64,000 bases of DNA from an uncultured Collinsella sp. (GCA_900548815.1 URLR01000002.1:22253-86252), one strand, 5' to 3'. Counted from the stretch's first letter, positions 31,001 to 41,772 are shown. The notes: generated by a model from the sequence alone, not told the origin. Numbers and translations: made by a program.

Positions 31001-33184
31001 TTAGAACCAGAAGAAGTCGCTGCGGGTGACGGTGGCGCCGATGGCGAAGGGCATGCAGGCGATGACCGGATACAGGTAGCGCATGTAAGTCGAGCCGTTG
31101 CACGGGCCAATCAGGCACACAGCGAGCACGCCCAACAGCGGCACCCAGATCGCCAGCGCACGCCATGAATGACGACGCAGCAAGTAGACCACCATGGCGA
31201 TCATGATCCACACATAGGTGGCCGAGCTCATGGTGAGCGAGATAAAGGGAACACGCTGCACCGCCACACGGTACAAATTGATCAGGTGGTCGCACCAGCG
31301 CACCACGTTGCTGTCAACCGGATGGAAGTCGAAGTACTTGAGGTTGTCGGGACGCGCCATGATCTCGGCACTACGCGCCGTGCTGTAGACCCAGGCATCG
31401 CGCGCGCTCGGATAAAAATAACCGTAGTAGTTATTGATGAGCGCCGAGATATAGCACTCGGGATCCTTTTTGAACATCTGGGCCCACACCTCAAAATAGG
31501 CCTTGATGTCCTCCTGCGAGGCGTACTCGTTAAAGCAGTTCTTGACGGCATCGGACTTGTCGGGGTTGTAGCGGCGGCCCAGGTTCTCGTACTTGAGTAC
31601 GCGGTCGATCACGGCACGCTCTTCGTCGGTCACTGAACCGTCGCAAGGAGCCTCCACGATGGTGCCGTCCTCCTTAACCGTAGGGTTGACGCCCGAGTTG
31701 AGGCCGTCGTGCTTTTGGACGAAACGAGCCGTCTGCTGGAACGGAATCGAAAGGATTTCGCGCTTGGAGCCGGGCGTAATGTCGTGCGCCGGCATAAAGA
31801 CCTTGGTGAAGTACATATTAGAGGCAAGGCAGAGCGCGAGCACCGCGAGAACGCCAACCCAGCGGAAACGCGGGATGGCGCCCGAAGGCGCAGCGCCAGT
31901 CTGCTTGGCTGCACGACGAGCCACATGCACGTCCCATACGCAAAACGCCGCCGCGATTACGCATGCCGCCAGGGGAAACACCAGGCCGCCGTTGCGCAGA
32001 AACGTGGAACCCATGGCGCCCAGAGCGAGCAGCAGCCAGTCGTGGCGCGCAAAGAGCACGGGGGCTTTCTCGCCCGCTCGCTCGACATTGGCATCACGAC
32101 GGGGCAAGCCACATGCCACGAGCTTGACGGTCTGCACCAACAGCACCAAAAACGCGTCGGCAAAGAGCACGTCTTTGGTGAGCAACGCCGCGTAGTTAGA
32201 GAACATCGGCATAAACGCAAAGAACAGCAGGATCGCACCGCGAACCGGCAGGCTCACGCCCAGTTTGCGCAGCGACGAAATGGAATAGGCCATGCAGGCG
32301 GCCGTGATGGCGAACTGAGCACAGGTGTAGATGGCAAGACCCGCGTTGGCGCTGTTGAACAGTGAAAGCCCCAGCTGGACGCACGAGCCGATAATGGCCG
32401 TGTGCACTACGGGATGATGCCCGTTGAGCAGCACGTTGGGGTTGAGTAGGCGCAGGTAGTCGCTCGTGCCATTGGGATAGTTGAACCACTGGCGAATCTG
32501 CGCGCCCGTATCTCCCATAAAAAGGCCGGGCAGCGAAGCGATGAGCGTGGGCGTCCAGGCGATCATAAGCACCAGGAAGGGCCCGGCAAAGGGATGGACC
32601 GAGAGCACGGCGTGAGTCACACGCCATACGCGGCCAAAGTGCGCTTCGGAAAACGGGATGCGTCGGGAGCTCAGCCAATCTAGACACTCAAAGGCAAGGT
32701 AGAAGGCAACGACCGCCAAGAGCATCCAGCCCGCGCCGCCAATCCAGGCGCAGATGATGCGGGCTTTGTCGCCAAGGACAATCTCGGCCGAGTCGGTGAG
32801 ATCGTAGCTGCGGCCGAACACCATGCAGACGGCAAAGAACAGCGACGGCAGAACGATCGATGGACGCCAGGTGTCGCCACGGCCAAAGAACACGTAGCGA
32901 AACGGCAAGGTGAGCAGGCAAGCAAGTGCAAGCAGCATGACCGCGTCGGTATGGCCGGCAAACGAGAGGAGCACTTCGTAGCACACGTACAGCATGCCCG
33001 AGGCTTTGGGGTCAATCGCCAAGACTGCGTTGCTCGACACCGGGGAGGGATCGATGGAAAACGCCGTGGTCGCCAACAGCGCGAGCAAAAATGCGATGAG
33101 CGTCTGCTTGGCGGGGTAGCGCTTAAACCAGACGATGCGGGCAGCGTCGCGCGCAGCCGTTGTGGAGAGATCGGAATCCTTCAC
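31001..33184 (-). CDS. Polytopic membrane protein (DUF6020-like, possibly GT-C-type envelope modifier)
   Basis: Many TMs; PGLFMGDT, NGHHPVVHT, KDVLF, LRNGG, SIPFQQTAR, RYLYP. Confidence 0.7.
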   Translation of the reverse strand: MKDSDLSTTAARDAARIVWFKRYPAKQTLIAFLLALLATTAFSIDPSPVSSNAVLAIDPKASGMLYVCYEVLLSFAGHTDAVMLLALACLLTLPFRYVFFGRGDTWRPSIVLPSLFFAVCMVFGRSYDLTDSAEIVLGDKARIICAWIGGAGWMLLAVVAFYLAFECLDWLSSRRIPFSEAHFGRVWRVTHAVLSVHPFAGPFLVLMIAWTPTLIASLPGLFMGDTGAQIRQWFNYPNGTSDYLRLLNPNVLLNGHHPVVHTAIIGSCVQLGLSLFNSANAGLAIYTCAQFAITAACMAYSISSLRKLGVSLPVRGAILLFFAFMPMFSNYAALLTKDVLFADAFLVLLVQTVKLVACGLPRRDANVERAGEKAPVLFARHDWLLLALGAMGSTFLRNGGLVFPLAACVIAAAFCVWDVHVARRAAKQTGAAPSGAIPRFRWVGVLAVLALCLASNMYFTKVFMPAHDITPGSKREILSIPFQQTARFVQKHDGLNSGVNPTVKEDGTIVEAPCDGSVTDEERAVIDRVLKYENLGRRYNPDKSDAVKNCFNEYASQEDIKAYFEVWAQMFKKDPECYISALINNYYGYFYPSARDAWVYSTARSAEIMARPDNLKYFDFHPVDSNVVRWCDHLINLYRVAVQRVPFISLTMSSATYVWIMIAMVVYLLRRHSWRALAIWVPLLGVLAVCLIGPCNGSTYMRYLYPVIACMPFAIGATVTRSDFFWF

Positions 33185-33205
33185 AGTCCAAAGAGCCTTT
33201 CTAGA

Positions 33206-33319
33206 AACCTGCCAAAAAGGGACAGGTTTATTTTGGCAGGTTTTATCTGGGGAAACGTTACGGTTCTGTCATCGTTGCCCAGCGAATCACTACAAAGGTG
33301 CCTGTCCCCTTTGTGGTAG
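33206..33319. repeat. REP-like hairpin repeat copy 3 (inverted) paired with a variant hairpin
   Basis: 33206-33259 AACCTGCCAAAAAGGGACAGGTTTATTTTGGCAGGTTTTATCTG; opposite-facing variant ~33288-33319 CACTACAAAGGTGCCTGTCCCCTTTGTGGTAG. Confidence 0.85.
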
Positions 33320-34141
33320 TTAGGCGTCGAGGTAGATGCGCTGGGGTTGGTTGCGGCGACGAGCAAAGATGATGAGCGCCAGGCCCGCGATTACGAGCGG
33401 CAGGCTCAGCAGCTGACCCATGGTGATGACGCCGCCCAGCAGATAGCCCAGCTGCGCATCGGGCACACGCACAAACTCAATCAAAAAGCGAACGATGCCG
33501 TAACCCATCACAAAGACGCCCATAAACGTGCCTTGGGGCAGTAGCGGCTTTTTGCGGCTGAGCACCTGCAGAATGCAAAAGAGCACGATGCCCTCAAGAA
33601 ATGCCTCGTAGAGCTGGGAGGGGTGACGCGGCATCTCGCCCGCAGTCCCGCCAAAGACCACGCCCCATGGCAGATCGGTCGGCTTGCCCCACAGCTCTCC
33701 GTTCACGAAGTTGGCGCAACGTCCCAGGCACAGCGCCAGCGGCGCGCCTATGACGGCAAGGTCCGCCAAAGTCCATGCGTCGAGCTTATACATGCGGCAC
33801 ACGAGCACGCCGCCGATGATGCCGCCCACCAGGCCGCCATGGAAGCTCATGCCGCCTTCATTGGTGGCAAAGATCTCGAGCGGATGCGCCCAGTAGTAGC
33901 CGTCGCCGTAAAAGATGACGTAGAACAGGCGCGCACCGATAATGAGGCCAAAGACCACGCCGACCACGACACTCGTCAGGTCGTCGACCGTAATGTCAAA
34001 ACCCCAACGGCGCTGCGTGCGGTACATGACGACCGCCGTGAGCAGAGCTCCGACCACATAGGCCAAGCCGTACCAGTAGATGGTGATGGGCCCCGCCGAG
34101 ATGGCGACGGGATCAAGCATATGGTAGAGGTCGTTGAGCAT
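33320..34141 (-). CDS. lgt: Prolipoprotein diacylglyceryl transferase
   Basis: YWYGLAY, GARLFYV, GGMSFHGG, GRCANFVNGELWG, HPSQLYE, EFVR. Confidence 0.96.
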   Translation of the reverse strand: MLNDLYHMLDPVAISAGPITIYWYGLAYVVGALLTAVVMYRTQRRWGFDITVDDLTSVVVGVVFGLIIGARLFYVIFYGDGYYWAHPLEIFATNEGGMSFHGGLVGGIIGGVLVCRMYKLDAWTLADLAVIGAPLALCLGRCANFVNGELWGKPTDLPWGVVFGGTAGEMPRHPSQLYEAFLEGIVLFCILQVLSRKKPLLPQGTFMGVFVMGYGIVRFLIEFVRVPDAQLGYLLGGVITMGQLLSLPLVIAGLALIIFARRRNQPQRIYLDA

Positions 34142-34250
34142 ATCGGTCCCCCTGCTCCCTACATACAAATGCGGCCGCGGGCCTTGCGCTCGCAGCCGCA
34201 TATTCGGGCGTGACGTCTATGCGGAGCATATCGCCCGCAGCTTTCACTTC

Positions 34251-34529
34251 TTAGAACGGCGCATACTCGTCGTACAGGTCATCGGTCTCGCCGGAGGCAT
34301 TGACCTGCTCGACACGCGTAACGCCGGGCACGTGCTCCTTGAGGATACGCTCGATGCCCATGGAAAGCGTCAGGGCGCTCATGGGACAACCGGCACAGGC
34401 GCCCTGAAGCTCCAGCTTGACGACGCCCTCGTCATCAACGCCTATATACTCCATGTCGCCGCCGTCGGCCTGTAGGTTGGGGCGAATCTCTTCAAGAACC
34501 TTCTTAAGCAGCTCTTCGTTAACAGCCAC
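34251..34529 (-). CDS. NifU-like (Nfu) Fe-S carrier protein
   Basis: IRPNLQADGGD, LQGACAGCPMS. Confidence 0.92.
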   Translation of the reverse strand: MAVNEELLKKVLEEIRPNLQADGGDMEYIGVDDEGVVKLELQGACAGCPMSALTLSMGIERILKEHVPGVTRVEQVNASGETDDLYDEYAPF

Positions 34530-34700
34530 AGGGGCTCCTTTCTCACAATAACGCGGGCGCGCCCGCGGACAGAAGCTATGTTACTACAGCCGTGTACCCG
34601 CTCACGAGCCGTCCATGCGCGCGGACGCGACTTTCACGAGTAGTCAATTTGGGACGGGGCTCTTTTAGCTGCTTTTGCCGCCAGCTGGCGTTGCCACGCG

Positions 34701-35225
34701 CTACTGCCGAGCCCGCCCCTCGGTGCCGATGTGAACATCGACGATAACCTGGCGGTAGCTGATGCCACAGGAGTCGAGAATGCGGCGGCTGATACGGCCG
34801 TCATCGGTGTCGGCGTACTTGTTGTCCAGGTAGACGACCTCGCCCACGCCCACCTGAGCCAAAATCTTGGCGCAGTCATGGCACGGGAACAGCGTGACGT
34901 AGACCGTGGAACCCTCGAGGTCCTTGAGGGAGCCACGGTAGTTGAGCACGGCGTTGGCCTCGGCATGGACCACGTAGTTGTGCTTGTCCTGCAGCGGGTC
35001 GTCGCTCGTACCCCACGGGAAAAAGTCGTCGTTGAGCGCCGAGGGTGTACCGTTGTAGCCCACCGAAAGGATGCGGTGGTTGGTGTTGGCGATGCACGCA
35101 CCCACCTGCGTGTTGGGGTCCTTGCTGCGGCGCTGCGCGGCGATGGCCACGCTCATAAAGAACTCGTCCCAGCTAATGACGTCCAGGCGCTTGCCTGACG
35201 AAGTTTGATGAAGATCGCCCGACAT
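34701..35225 (-). CDS. dCMP deaminase
   Basis: SWDEFFM, RSKDPNTQVGA, GYNG, HAEANA, PCHDC; GGAGG SD before MSGD. Confidence 0.93.
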   Translation of the reverse strand: MSGDLHQTSSGKRLDVISWDEFFMSVAIAAQRRSKDPNTQVGACIANTNHRILSVGYNGTPSALNDDFFPWGTSDDPLQDKHNYVVHAEANAVLNYRGSLKDLEGSTVYVTLFPCHDCAKILAQVGVGEVVYLDNKYADTDDGRISRRILDSCGISYRQVIVDVHIGTEGRARQ

Positions 35226-35309
35226 GGCAGACACCTCCGTAATCGCAATAGTTTGACCCATTGTAGCAGGTGAAAGGTGGAGGCGTTTGTCCCGCCGGCG
35301 CCCTCACTT

Positions 35310-36161
35310 TTACACGCGGTGGGGCTTTTGGTTGATGCGATACAGCTCGGCGAGACCCCGCAGCGTCAGTGCGTCGTCTACCGTCAGGCTGTGGCCGACC
35401 AACGCCGCGAGCGCCTCGGAATCGTCGCCGGTGATGACAATGGGCACGCTGCCCTCCCCCGCCGCCTTGGTCGCGCGCATCTCGGCAAGCACCATGTCGA
35501 GCATGCCGTCGATGCGGGCTACCTCGCCCAAGACCACGCCCGAGCGCATGGCCTCGCGCGTGTTGCGACCGATCACATGCGTGGGCGCCGAGGGCTCGAC
35601 CTGCGGCAGGCGCGCCGCAGCGGCCGAAAGCGAGCGGGCGCCAAGTGCCAGACCCGGCGCGATGACGCCGCCCACAAAGGTTCCGTGCGCATCGATGACC
35701 TCAATATTGGTCGTCGTGCCCAGGTCGATCACGATGCACGGAGAGCCGTAGACGGCACGGGCCGCCACGGCGTCGGCAATGCGGTCGGGGCCGATCTCGG
35801 CCGGGTCGTCGTAGTGGACGGGCATGCCAGTCTTGAGGCCCGGCCCCACCGTGAGCACGCGCCCCGTGCAGGTACGGGAAAGTGCCGCCTTCCACGGGCG
35901 CTCGAGCGCCGGGACCACACAGCTCAGCACAGCAGCCGCGGGTACAAGCGCACCCGGCATGCCCGCATCGGCCGCCAGTGCGGCCATGACCTGCACGAGA
36001 CGCATGCGCGCCTCGTCTGCTGTGATGCTCGACGGCGTGGTGATCTCGCACGCCGCAAACGGACATTCCTGCGCCGCGGCCGAATCCTCTGCAAACAGGC
36101 CAAAGCGAATGAACGTGTTGCCCACATCGACCGTCAATATATATGCGCACCCATTAAGCAT
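35310..36161 (-). CDS. coaX: Type III pantothenate kinase
   Basis: VDVGNT, SCVVP, IGPDR, IDLGTTT, GGVIAPG, GRNT. Confidence 0.92.
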   Translation of the reverse strand: MLNGCAYILTVDVGNTFIRFGLFAEDSAAAQECPFAACEITTPSSITADEARMRLVQVMAALAADAGMPGALVPAAAVLSCVVPALERPWKAALSRTCTGRVLTVGPGLKTGMPVHYDDPAEIGPDRIADAVAARAVYGSPCIVIDLGTTTNIEVIDAHGTFVGGVIAPGLALGARSLSAAAARLPQVEPSAPTHVIGRNTREAMRSGVVLGEVARIDGMLDMVLAEMRATKAAGEGSVPIVITGDDSEALAALVGHSLTVDDALTLRGLAELYRINQKPHRV

Positions 36162-36353
36162 CGTCGGCGCTCCTTTCGTCTGCCCAGCAGTATATCGCCT
36201 ACCTAAACCAGTCATCCCAAAATGACTAGCTTGCGGCTATACTGGTGCGCGGTCGTTTGCGAGCTCACGCGGCGGCCCTTGGTAACCCGACTTCCCGCGC
36301 CGTATCCGTAGCGGCGCTCCCGGGGGAAGCGGATATACGCAAAGGAGTTCTAT

Positions 36354-38057
36354 ATGAGCAATCCCTCGAACCGCGCTTCGATGCGCGGGCAACTCACGCT
36401 GCGCGGCGTCGTCATCGGCGTCCTTGGCTGCGTGATCATCACGGCAAGCTCGGCCTACACCGCCCTCAAGATGGGTGCCCTCCCCTGGCCGATCATTTTC
36501 GCTGCCGTCATTTCGCTGTTCTTCCTGAAGCTCATGGGCAACGCCAGCCTCAACGAGGCCAACGTCACCCACACCATCATGTCCGCAGGCGCCATGGTCG
36601 CTGGCGGTCTGGCGTTTACCATCCCGGGCGCCTGGATGCTGGGCTATGCCGACCAGATCAGTTGGCTCGACATGTTTATCGTGGCACTCGCCGGCACTAT
36701 CCTAGGCCTGCTGGCCACGGCACTCATCCACCGTCACTTTATCGTTGACGCCGCGCTTGAGTTCCCCACCGGCAACGCCGCAGCTCAGACCCTGCGCGCG
36801 ACCGAGGCCGGCGGCAAGACCGGCAAGCAGCTCTTTGGCTCCATGGCCATCGCCGGCATCTACAGCGTGCTGCGCGACGCTCTGGGCATTGTGCCCAGCA
36901 TGCTGTGTACGCTCAATATCCCCGGCGTGACCTTTGCCATCTATAACTCGCCCATGTTGCTGTCCATCGGCTTTTTGGTGGGCTTCGCCCCCGTCGCGTT
37001 CTGGTTTGCCGGCGCGCTGCTGGGCAACTTTGGCATCATCGTTGGCGGCACCGCTGCCGGTCTGTTCGATGTTGTGACCGCACAGGGCATTGTTAAGTCC
37101 CTGGGTATGGGCCTCATGATGGGCTTTGGCGTCGCCGTCGTCCTCAAGGACATCCTGCCGCAGGTCGCCGGTATCGTCCGCGGCCTCGCCGCCGACAGCT
37201 CCACCGACACCGACGAGCAGTCGCTCATCTCGGGCTCCCTTAAGCTCGACGCCGGCATCATCGGCCTGGGCGCCGCCGCCATCGCCGTGATCGTCGCCAT
37301 CGCGCTCGACCTTGGTCCCGTTCCAGCCGTCATCGTCACGCTGTTCACCTTTGTCACCACCATCATGAGCGCGCAGAGCTGCGGCCAGACGGGCATCGAC
37401 CCCATGGAGATCTTCGGCCTCATCGTCATGCTCATCGTTGCCGCCTTCGCACAGCTCGCTCAGGTCAAGCTGTTCTTTATCGCCGGCATCGTGGCCGTAG
37501 CGTGCGGCCTTGCGGGTGACGTCATGAACGACTTTAAGGCCGGCGCCGTGCTGGGCACCAACCCGCGCGCACAGTGGGTCGGCCAGGCCATCGGCGGCAT
37601 TGTGGGCGCCCTGGTCGCCGCCGCCGTCATGGTCGCGCTCGTCACCGCCTATGGCCCGGACGCCTTTGGCCCCGACAAGAGCTTTGTGGCCGCGCAGGCA
37701 AGCGTGGTCGCCACCATGGTCTCGGGCATCCCGAGCGTGCCGTGGTTCGCAGGCGGCTTTATCGCCGGCATCGTCATGTACTGGCTCGGCATTCCGGCCA
37801 TGATGATCGGCCTGGGCGTGTACCTGCCGTTCTATATGTCGCTCACGGCCTTCCTGGGCTCCTGCGTTAAGCTCGCCTACGACAAGTGGGCCGCTCACCG
37901 CGACGCCGAAGCCGGTCTTTCAGACGAGGAAAAGGCCGCCAAGGACGCCGCCTTCCAGGAGCAGGGCCTGGTTGTCGCCAGCGGCCTGCTCGGTGGCGAG
38001 TCTATCGTCGGCGTTATCCTGGCGTTTGTCTCTGTTGGCCTGAGCCTGCTGGGATAA
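36354..38057 (+). CDS. OPT family oligopeptide transporter
   Basis: LTLRG, YTALKMG, LEFPTGNAAA, MNDFKAG, GVYLP, ASGLLGGE. Confidence 0.9.
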   Translation: MSNPSNRASMRGQLTLRGVVIGVLGCVIITASSAYTALKMGALPWPIIFAAVISLFFLKLMGNASLNEANVTHTIMSAGAMVAGGLAFTIPGAWMLGYADQISWLDMFIVALAGTILGLLATALIHRHFIVDAALEFPTGNAAAQTLRATEAGGKTGKQLFGSMAIAGIYSVLRDALGIVPSMLCTLNIPGVTFAIYNSPMLLSIGFLVGFAPVAFWFAGALLGNFGIIVGGTAAGLFDVVTAQGIVKSLGMGLMMGFGVAVVLKDILPQVAGIVRGLAADSSTDTDEQSLISGSLKLDAGIIGLGAAAIAVIVAIALDLGPVPAVIVTLFTFVTTIMSAQSCGQTGIDPMEIFGLIVMLIVAAFAQLAQVKLFFIAGIVAVACGLAGDVMNDFKAGAVLGTNPRAQWVGQAIGGIVGALVAAAVMVALVTAYGPDAFGPDKSFVAAQASVVATMVSGIPSVPWFAGGFIAGIVMYWLGIPAMMIGLGVYLPFYMSLTAFLGSCVKLAYDKWAAHRDAEAGLSDEEKAAKDAAFQEQGLVVASGLLGGESIVGVILAFVSVGLSLLG

Positions 38058-38280
38058 GCTGAGCAGTAGCTCGCTCGCACTTTAGCGACAGCCCGGTCGC
38101 AATCATATTGCCTACGGTTTGCCCGGTCGGTAGCTTTTGTGGCTACCGACCGGGCTTTTTGATGCCAATACAAAGAAAGGCCGGCGCGCTGCGTATCACA
38201 GCACGCCGGCCTTATCGGTCGAGCCATCGAGTCGGTCTCGCAATTAACCGCAGTTCATTGCGAGACCAGTACTCAAAATG

Positions 38281-41200
38281 CTACATGTGCTTGCGGCGAC
38301 GATCGCCCAGCGTCACGCCCGCAGCTACGAGCGTAATGCCGCCGATGACGAAGACCTCGCCCGCAAGCGCGGAGTTATCACCCGTCTGGGCGAGCGCGCC
38401 ATCTGCGGCCTGCTTCTTGGCAGCGGGGGCCTTTGCGGCGGCCTGCGCAACCTGGGGCTTAGCCTGCGGCTCGGCCTTGGGATGATATTTGTCGTACTCG
38501 GCCTGTGCGGCTGCCAGGGCTTCCTTGGCATCGTTAAGCTCTGCCAACGCGGCGGCATAGGCGTCGTTGGCGTCGGACAGCTTGGCATCGGCGTCGGCCT
38601 CGGCCTGTCTCAGACCCGTCTCGGCGTCAACGGCGGCCTTATAGCGAGCATAGGCAGCATCGAGCTTGGGCAGCTGATTTTGCGCCGTCCAGCCCGCGTT
38701 GAATACCGTTACGCCAGTGGCAAGGGAAGCCTCATCATCGACATGCTCAAGATCGGCCTGAAGGGTCTGATCAGCAGCAAGCTCGGTCTGGGCATCGGCG
38801 ATGGCCTTTTTGGCGTCCTCGACTGCCTGGTTGGCGGCATCGAGCTGATCCTGAGCAGTGTTCACGCCGGCGCGGGCGGCAGCAAGGGCTGCCTTGGCAT
38901 CATCCAGCGCCTTCTGAGCATCAGCGTAACGCTGGAATGCAACATTCGCGGCGGCAAGGGCCGTCTGGGCAGACGTAGCCTCCTGCTGTGCGGCGGCAAG
39001 TACCTGCTTCTTGTTGGTGACAGCTTGCTGCGCGTTCGAGAGGGCCGTTACCGCGGCAGTCGCTGTGGCCTCGGCATCGTTAACGCCAGCCTGGGCGACA
39101 TCGTCGGCCGCCTTTGCCTTGTCATACGCCTCGTTAGCCTGATCGGACTCTGTCCTAGCGGCATCGAGCTTGGCGGTAAGGTCCTTGACCGAAGCGGTAG
39201 CCTCGTCATACGCCTCTTTGGCCTTATCGGACTTTGTCTTGGCGGCATCGTAGCCGCTCTGAGCATTCAGTTTACGAGTCGAAGCCTTAGATGCGTTCGT
39301 CTGGCATTCGGTGAGCGTCGCGTTGGCCTTGTCGAGAGCAGTCTGAGCAGCGGTGGCTTCGCTCTTGGCGGCTTCGAGCTTCTGATTAAGCGCGTCAATG
39401 TCAATGCCAGAGCCATCAAACTCGCTCTTGGCGGCGTCATAGGCACCCTTGGCGGTTGCAGTGGCAGCCTGAGCACTCTCATACTCGCCCTTGGCGGTAT
39501 TCATCGCGTTACCAGCCGCCTTATAGTCCTCGTATGCACGGCTGGATTCATTCACCTTAACCCAATAAGTATCCCTCTTTGCTCCAAAGTCCTTCTGAGC
39601 TTTTGTAAGCTTGCTTTCAAGTTGCGCCAGCTGATTCTTTTGCTCTTGCGTTACGTCGGCACCATATGCAGAGTCGATGTAATCGTTCACGAGTTTCTTG
39701 AAATCCGCGACGGAGAAATCGCAGTCGGACGAGTCAAAGGAAAAATCGTTGATCACGCAGGCGCCGACGTTGTCTCCCTTTCCATTGCCAACACCAAATC
39801 CCATCGCAACATAATCCGGATGGATAATATTCAAGTAATGGCCAACCTGACTATAAAAACTGGGGTCGCTCATATACAGCAAGTATGCATGTGTTTTGTA
39901 CTGCTCATACGATGGGTCCGACGCAACTTTTTCGTCCCAAACCCGCTTCTCTTCTGTGTACCAGCCGGTATAGGGGTCGCCAAGCGTGTCAATCGTCTCT
40001 CCACCCGTATAGGCATAGTCCAGTGTCGACGATAAATTCTCCGCATTTGAATAGTGCTGGGCGTGAAGACCTGTGTGCGCTGAGTAGTTTACCTGCAGCA
40101 CTGCCGCCGCCGTCTGCTTCAGGCTCACAGATAGCTCGCCAAGCCCGTTGGCTTTCCTAATATTGTTCAACGTATCCATATACGTCAGCGCATTCTTTAG
40201 TTGTTCGAATGAAAATGAAGACGTATTGTGCGTTCCATCGTTGTCGACATATTGATCAAACCAATCAGCCTTGTTGATGCCGGCGGCGGCGTTACCGCTC
40301 AACCAAGCCGATGCAATGCGCGCATTTGCGCGCTGCGCATCGGTATAGGACGAGTCATTCGCAATGGAGTCCATTAAACCAATCACGCCCTGCTTGGCTT
40401 TTTCCTGGTCGACCGTCATGGTCGATTTCAATGCATCAATCTGTCCTTCGAGATCGCCAAGCAGCTGATTAGCCTCGCCGAGTTCCTTCTCGGCCACATC
40501 CTCCGCCTCGTATGCCGCCTTGCATTCGGCGCGTTTGTCGTCCCTATCCTTTACGGCCTGATCGTAGGCAGCTTTCTTGCCCGCTTCAGTCTGCTGAGCT
40601 TGCTCGTAAGCAGCCTTGGCGGTGTTGTATTCGCTGGTCAGATCACCGAGTTTGCCGTTAGCTTCGTCGAATGCAGTCTGCGCAGACGACACGGCAGCGT
40701 TGGCGGCGTTGGCCTTCTCCTGCGCGGCAGTGACAGCAGCCTGGGCGGTCTGCAGGTTCGCCTGAGCGGTCGCGTCGGCAGTCGTCGCGGCATCGAGTTC
40801 GGCCTTCGCGGTCTTGAGCTCGCTAGCGGCAGCTACCTTGGCGGCCTCGAGCGCTTTCAGGTCGACGCCCGTGCCAGAAGTAGCGGCATCGAGCGCTTTC
40901 TGGGCGTCGTTCAGCTTATCCTGGGCATTGTTGCGCGCGGTGGTCGCAGCGGCAAGGATAGTGGCAGTCTCCTTCTTCTTGGCCTTGGCAGTCGTCAGAG
41001 CAGACTCGGCGTCGCTCTTTGCCTTCTCAGCATTGGCGGCGGCGGTCCTAGCTGCCGCAAGCTCACCCTCGGCCTTCTTCACATCGGCATTCGCCGCATC
41101 AAGCTTTGCCTGCGCGTCCTCGACGTCCTTCTTGGCGGCCTCGTACTTGTCCATATCCATGACATTGAGCTTGTCCTGGGCATCCTTGAGTGTCTTCTCG

Positions 41201-41772
41201 GCCTCGCCCCGCTTCGCCTTGGCATCCGCAAGCGCCTGGGTCTTGTCCTCAACGCTCTTCTTGGCCTGGTCGAGCTGGCCGTTCAGGTCGTCCAGCTTCT
41301 TTTGCTGCTGCTCGGCCTTGTCGACGGTCGCCTTGAGCTCGTCGATCTTCTCCTGAAGCGCGGCGACTTCTGCCGCATTCTGCTCGGTCGCGTTATCGGT
41401 CACGGCCTGTGAAGCCTGGTCTTTTTGCTGTTGAGCCTGCTTCTGCGCCTGGGCCGCGGCATCGGCCTTCTTTTGAGCCGCATCATAGGCCGCCTTGGCA
41501 GCCTCAAACTGCTTTGCCGACTCCTCGGCCAGCTGCGCCGCCGTCTTCGCGACCGCCTGGTTGCCGGCAACGACGGTGCTCTCGATGGGGCTTTCGCCCT
41601 TTGCGGCATCGGTGGTGTCACCGGTCGGCGCGGCAATTGCCGCCAGCGGCGACATGAGCGGCTGGGCGATGAGGCCTGCCGTCAAAACGGTCGCGACGGC
41701 GCGGTTGGCGACACCCCTCACGTTGACGGTCTTGGCTGGAGACGAAAGATGCTTTGGACTGTACTTTGCCAT
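38281..41772 (-). CDS. Sortase-anchored coiled-coil surface protein with a central CAP/SCP-like domain
   Basis: Signal peptide, long Ala/Lys-rich heptad regions, NNIRKANGLGEL..AENL..WYTEEK..VGHYLNII, C-terminal LAQTG + TM + RRRK. Confidence 0.85.
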   Translation of the reverse strand: MAKYSPKHLSSPAKTVNVRGVANRAVATVLTAGLIAQPLMSPLAAIAAPTGDTTDAAKGESPIESTVVAGNQAVAKTAAQLAEESAKQFEAAKAAYDAAQKKADAAAQAQKQAQQQKDQASQAVTDNATEQNAAEVAALQEKIDELKATVDKAEQQQKKLDDLNGQLDQAKKSVEDKTQALADAKAKRGEAEKTLKDAQDKLNVMDMDKYEAAKKDVEDAQAKLDAANADVKKAEGELAAARTAAANAEKAKSDAESALTTAKAKKKETATILAAATTARNNAQDKLNDAQKALDAATSGTGVDLKALEAAKVAAASELKTAKAELDAATTADATAQANLQTAQAAVTAAQEKANAANAAVSSAQTAFDEANGKLGDLTSEYNTAKAAYEQAQQTEAGKKAAYDQAVKDRDDKRAECKAAYEAEDVAEKELGEANQLLGDLEGQIDALKSTMTVDQEKAKQGVIGLMDSIANDSSYTDAQRANARIASAWLSGNAAAGINKADWFDQYVDNDGTHNTSSFSFEQLKNALTYMDTLNNIRKANGLGELSVSLKQTAAAVLQVNYSAHTGLHAQHYSNAENLSSTLDYAYTGGETIDTLGDPYTGWYTEEKRVWDEKVASDPSYEQYKTHAYLLYMSDPSFYSQVGHYLNIIHPDYVAMGFGVGNGKGDNVGACVINDFSFDSSDCDFSVADFKKLVNDYIDSAYGADVTQEQKNQLAQLESKLTKAQKDFGAKRDTYWVKVNESSRAYEDYKAAGNAMNTAKGEYESAQAATATAKGAYDAAKSEFDGSGIDIDALNQKLEAAKSEATAAQTALDKANATLTECQTNASKASTRKLNAQSGYDAAKTKSDKAKEAYDEATASVKDLTAKLDAARTESDQANEAYDKAKAADDVAQAGVNDAEATATAAVTALSNAQQAVTNKKQVLAAAQQEATSAQTALAAANVAFQRYADAQKALDDAKAALAAARAGVNTAQDQLDAANQAVEDAKKAIADAQTELAADQTLQADLEHVDDEASLATGVTVFNAGWTAQNQLPKLDAAYARYKAAVDAETGLRQAEADADAKLSDANDAYAAALAELNDAKEALAAAQAEYDKYHPKAEPQAKPQVAQAAAKAPAAKKQAADGALAQTGDNSALAGEVFVIGGITLVAAGVTLGDRRRKHM

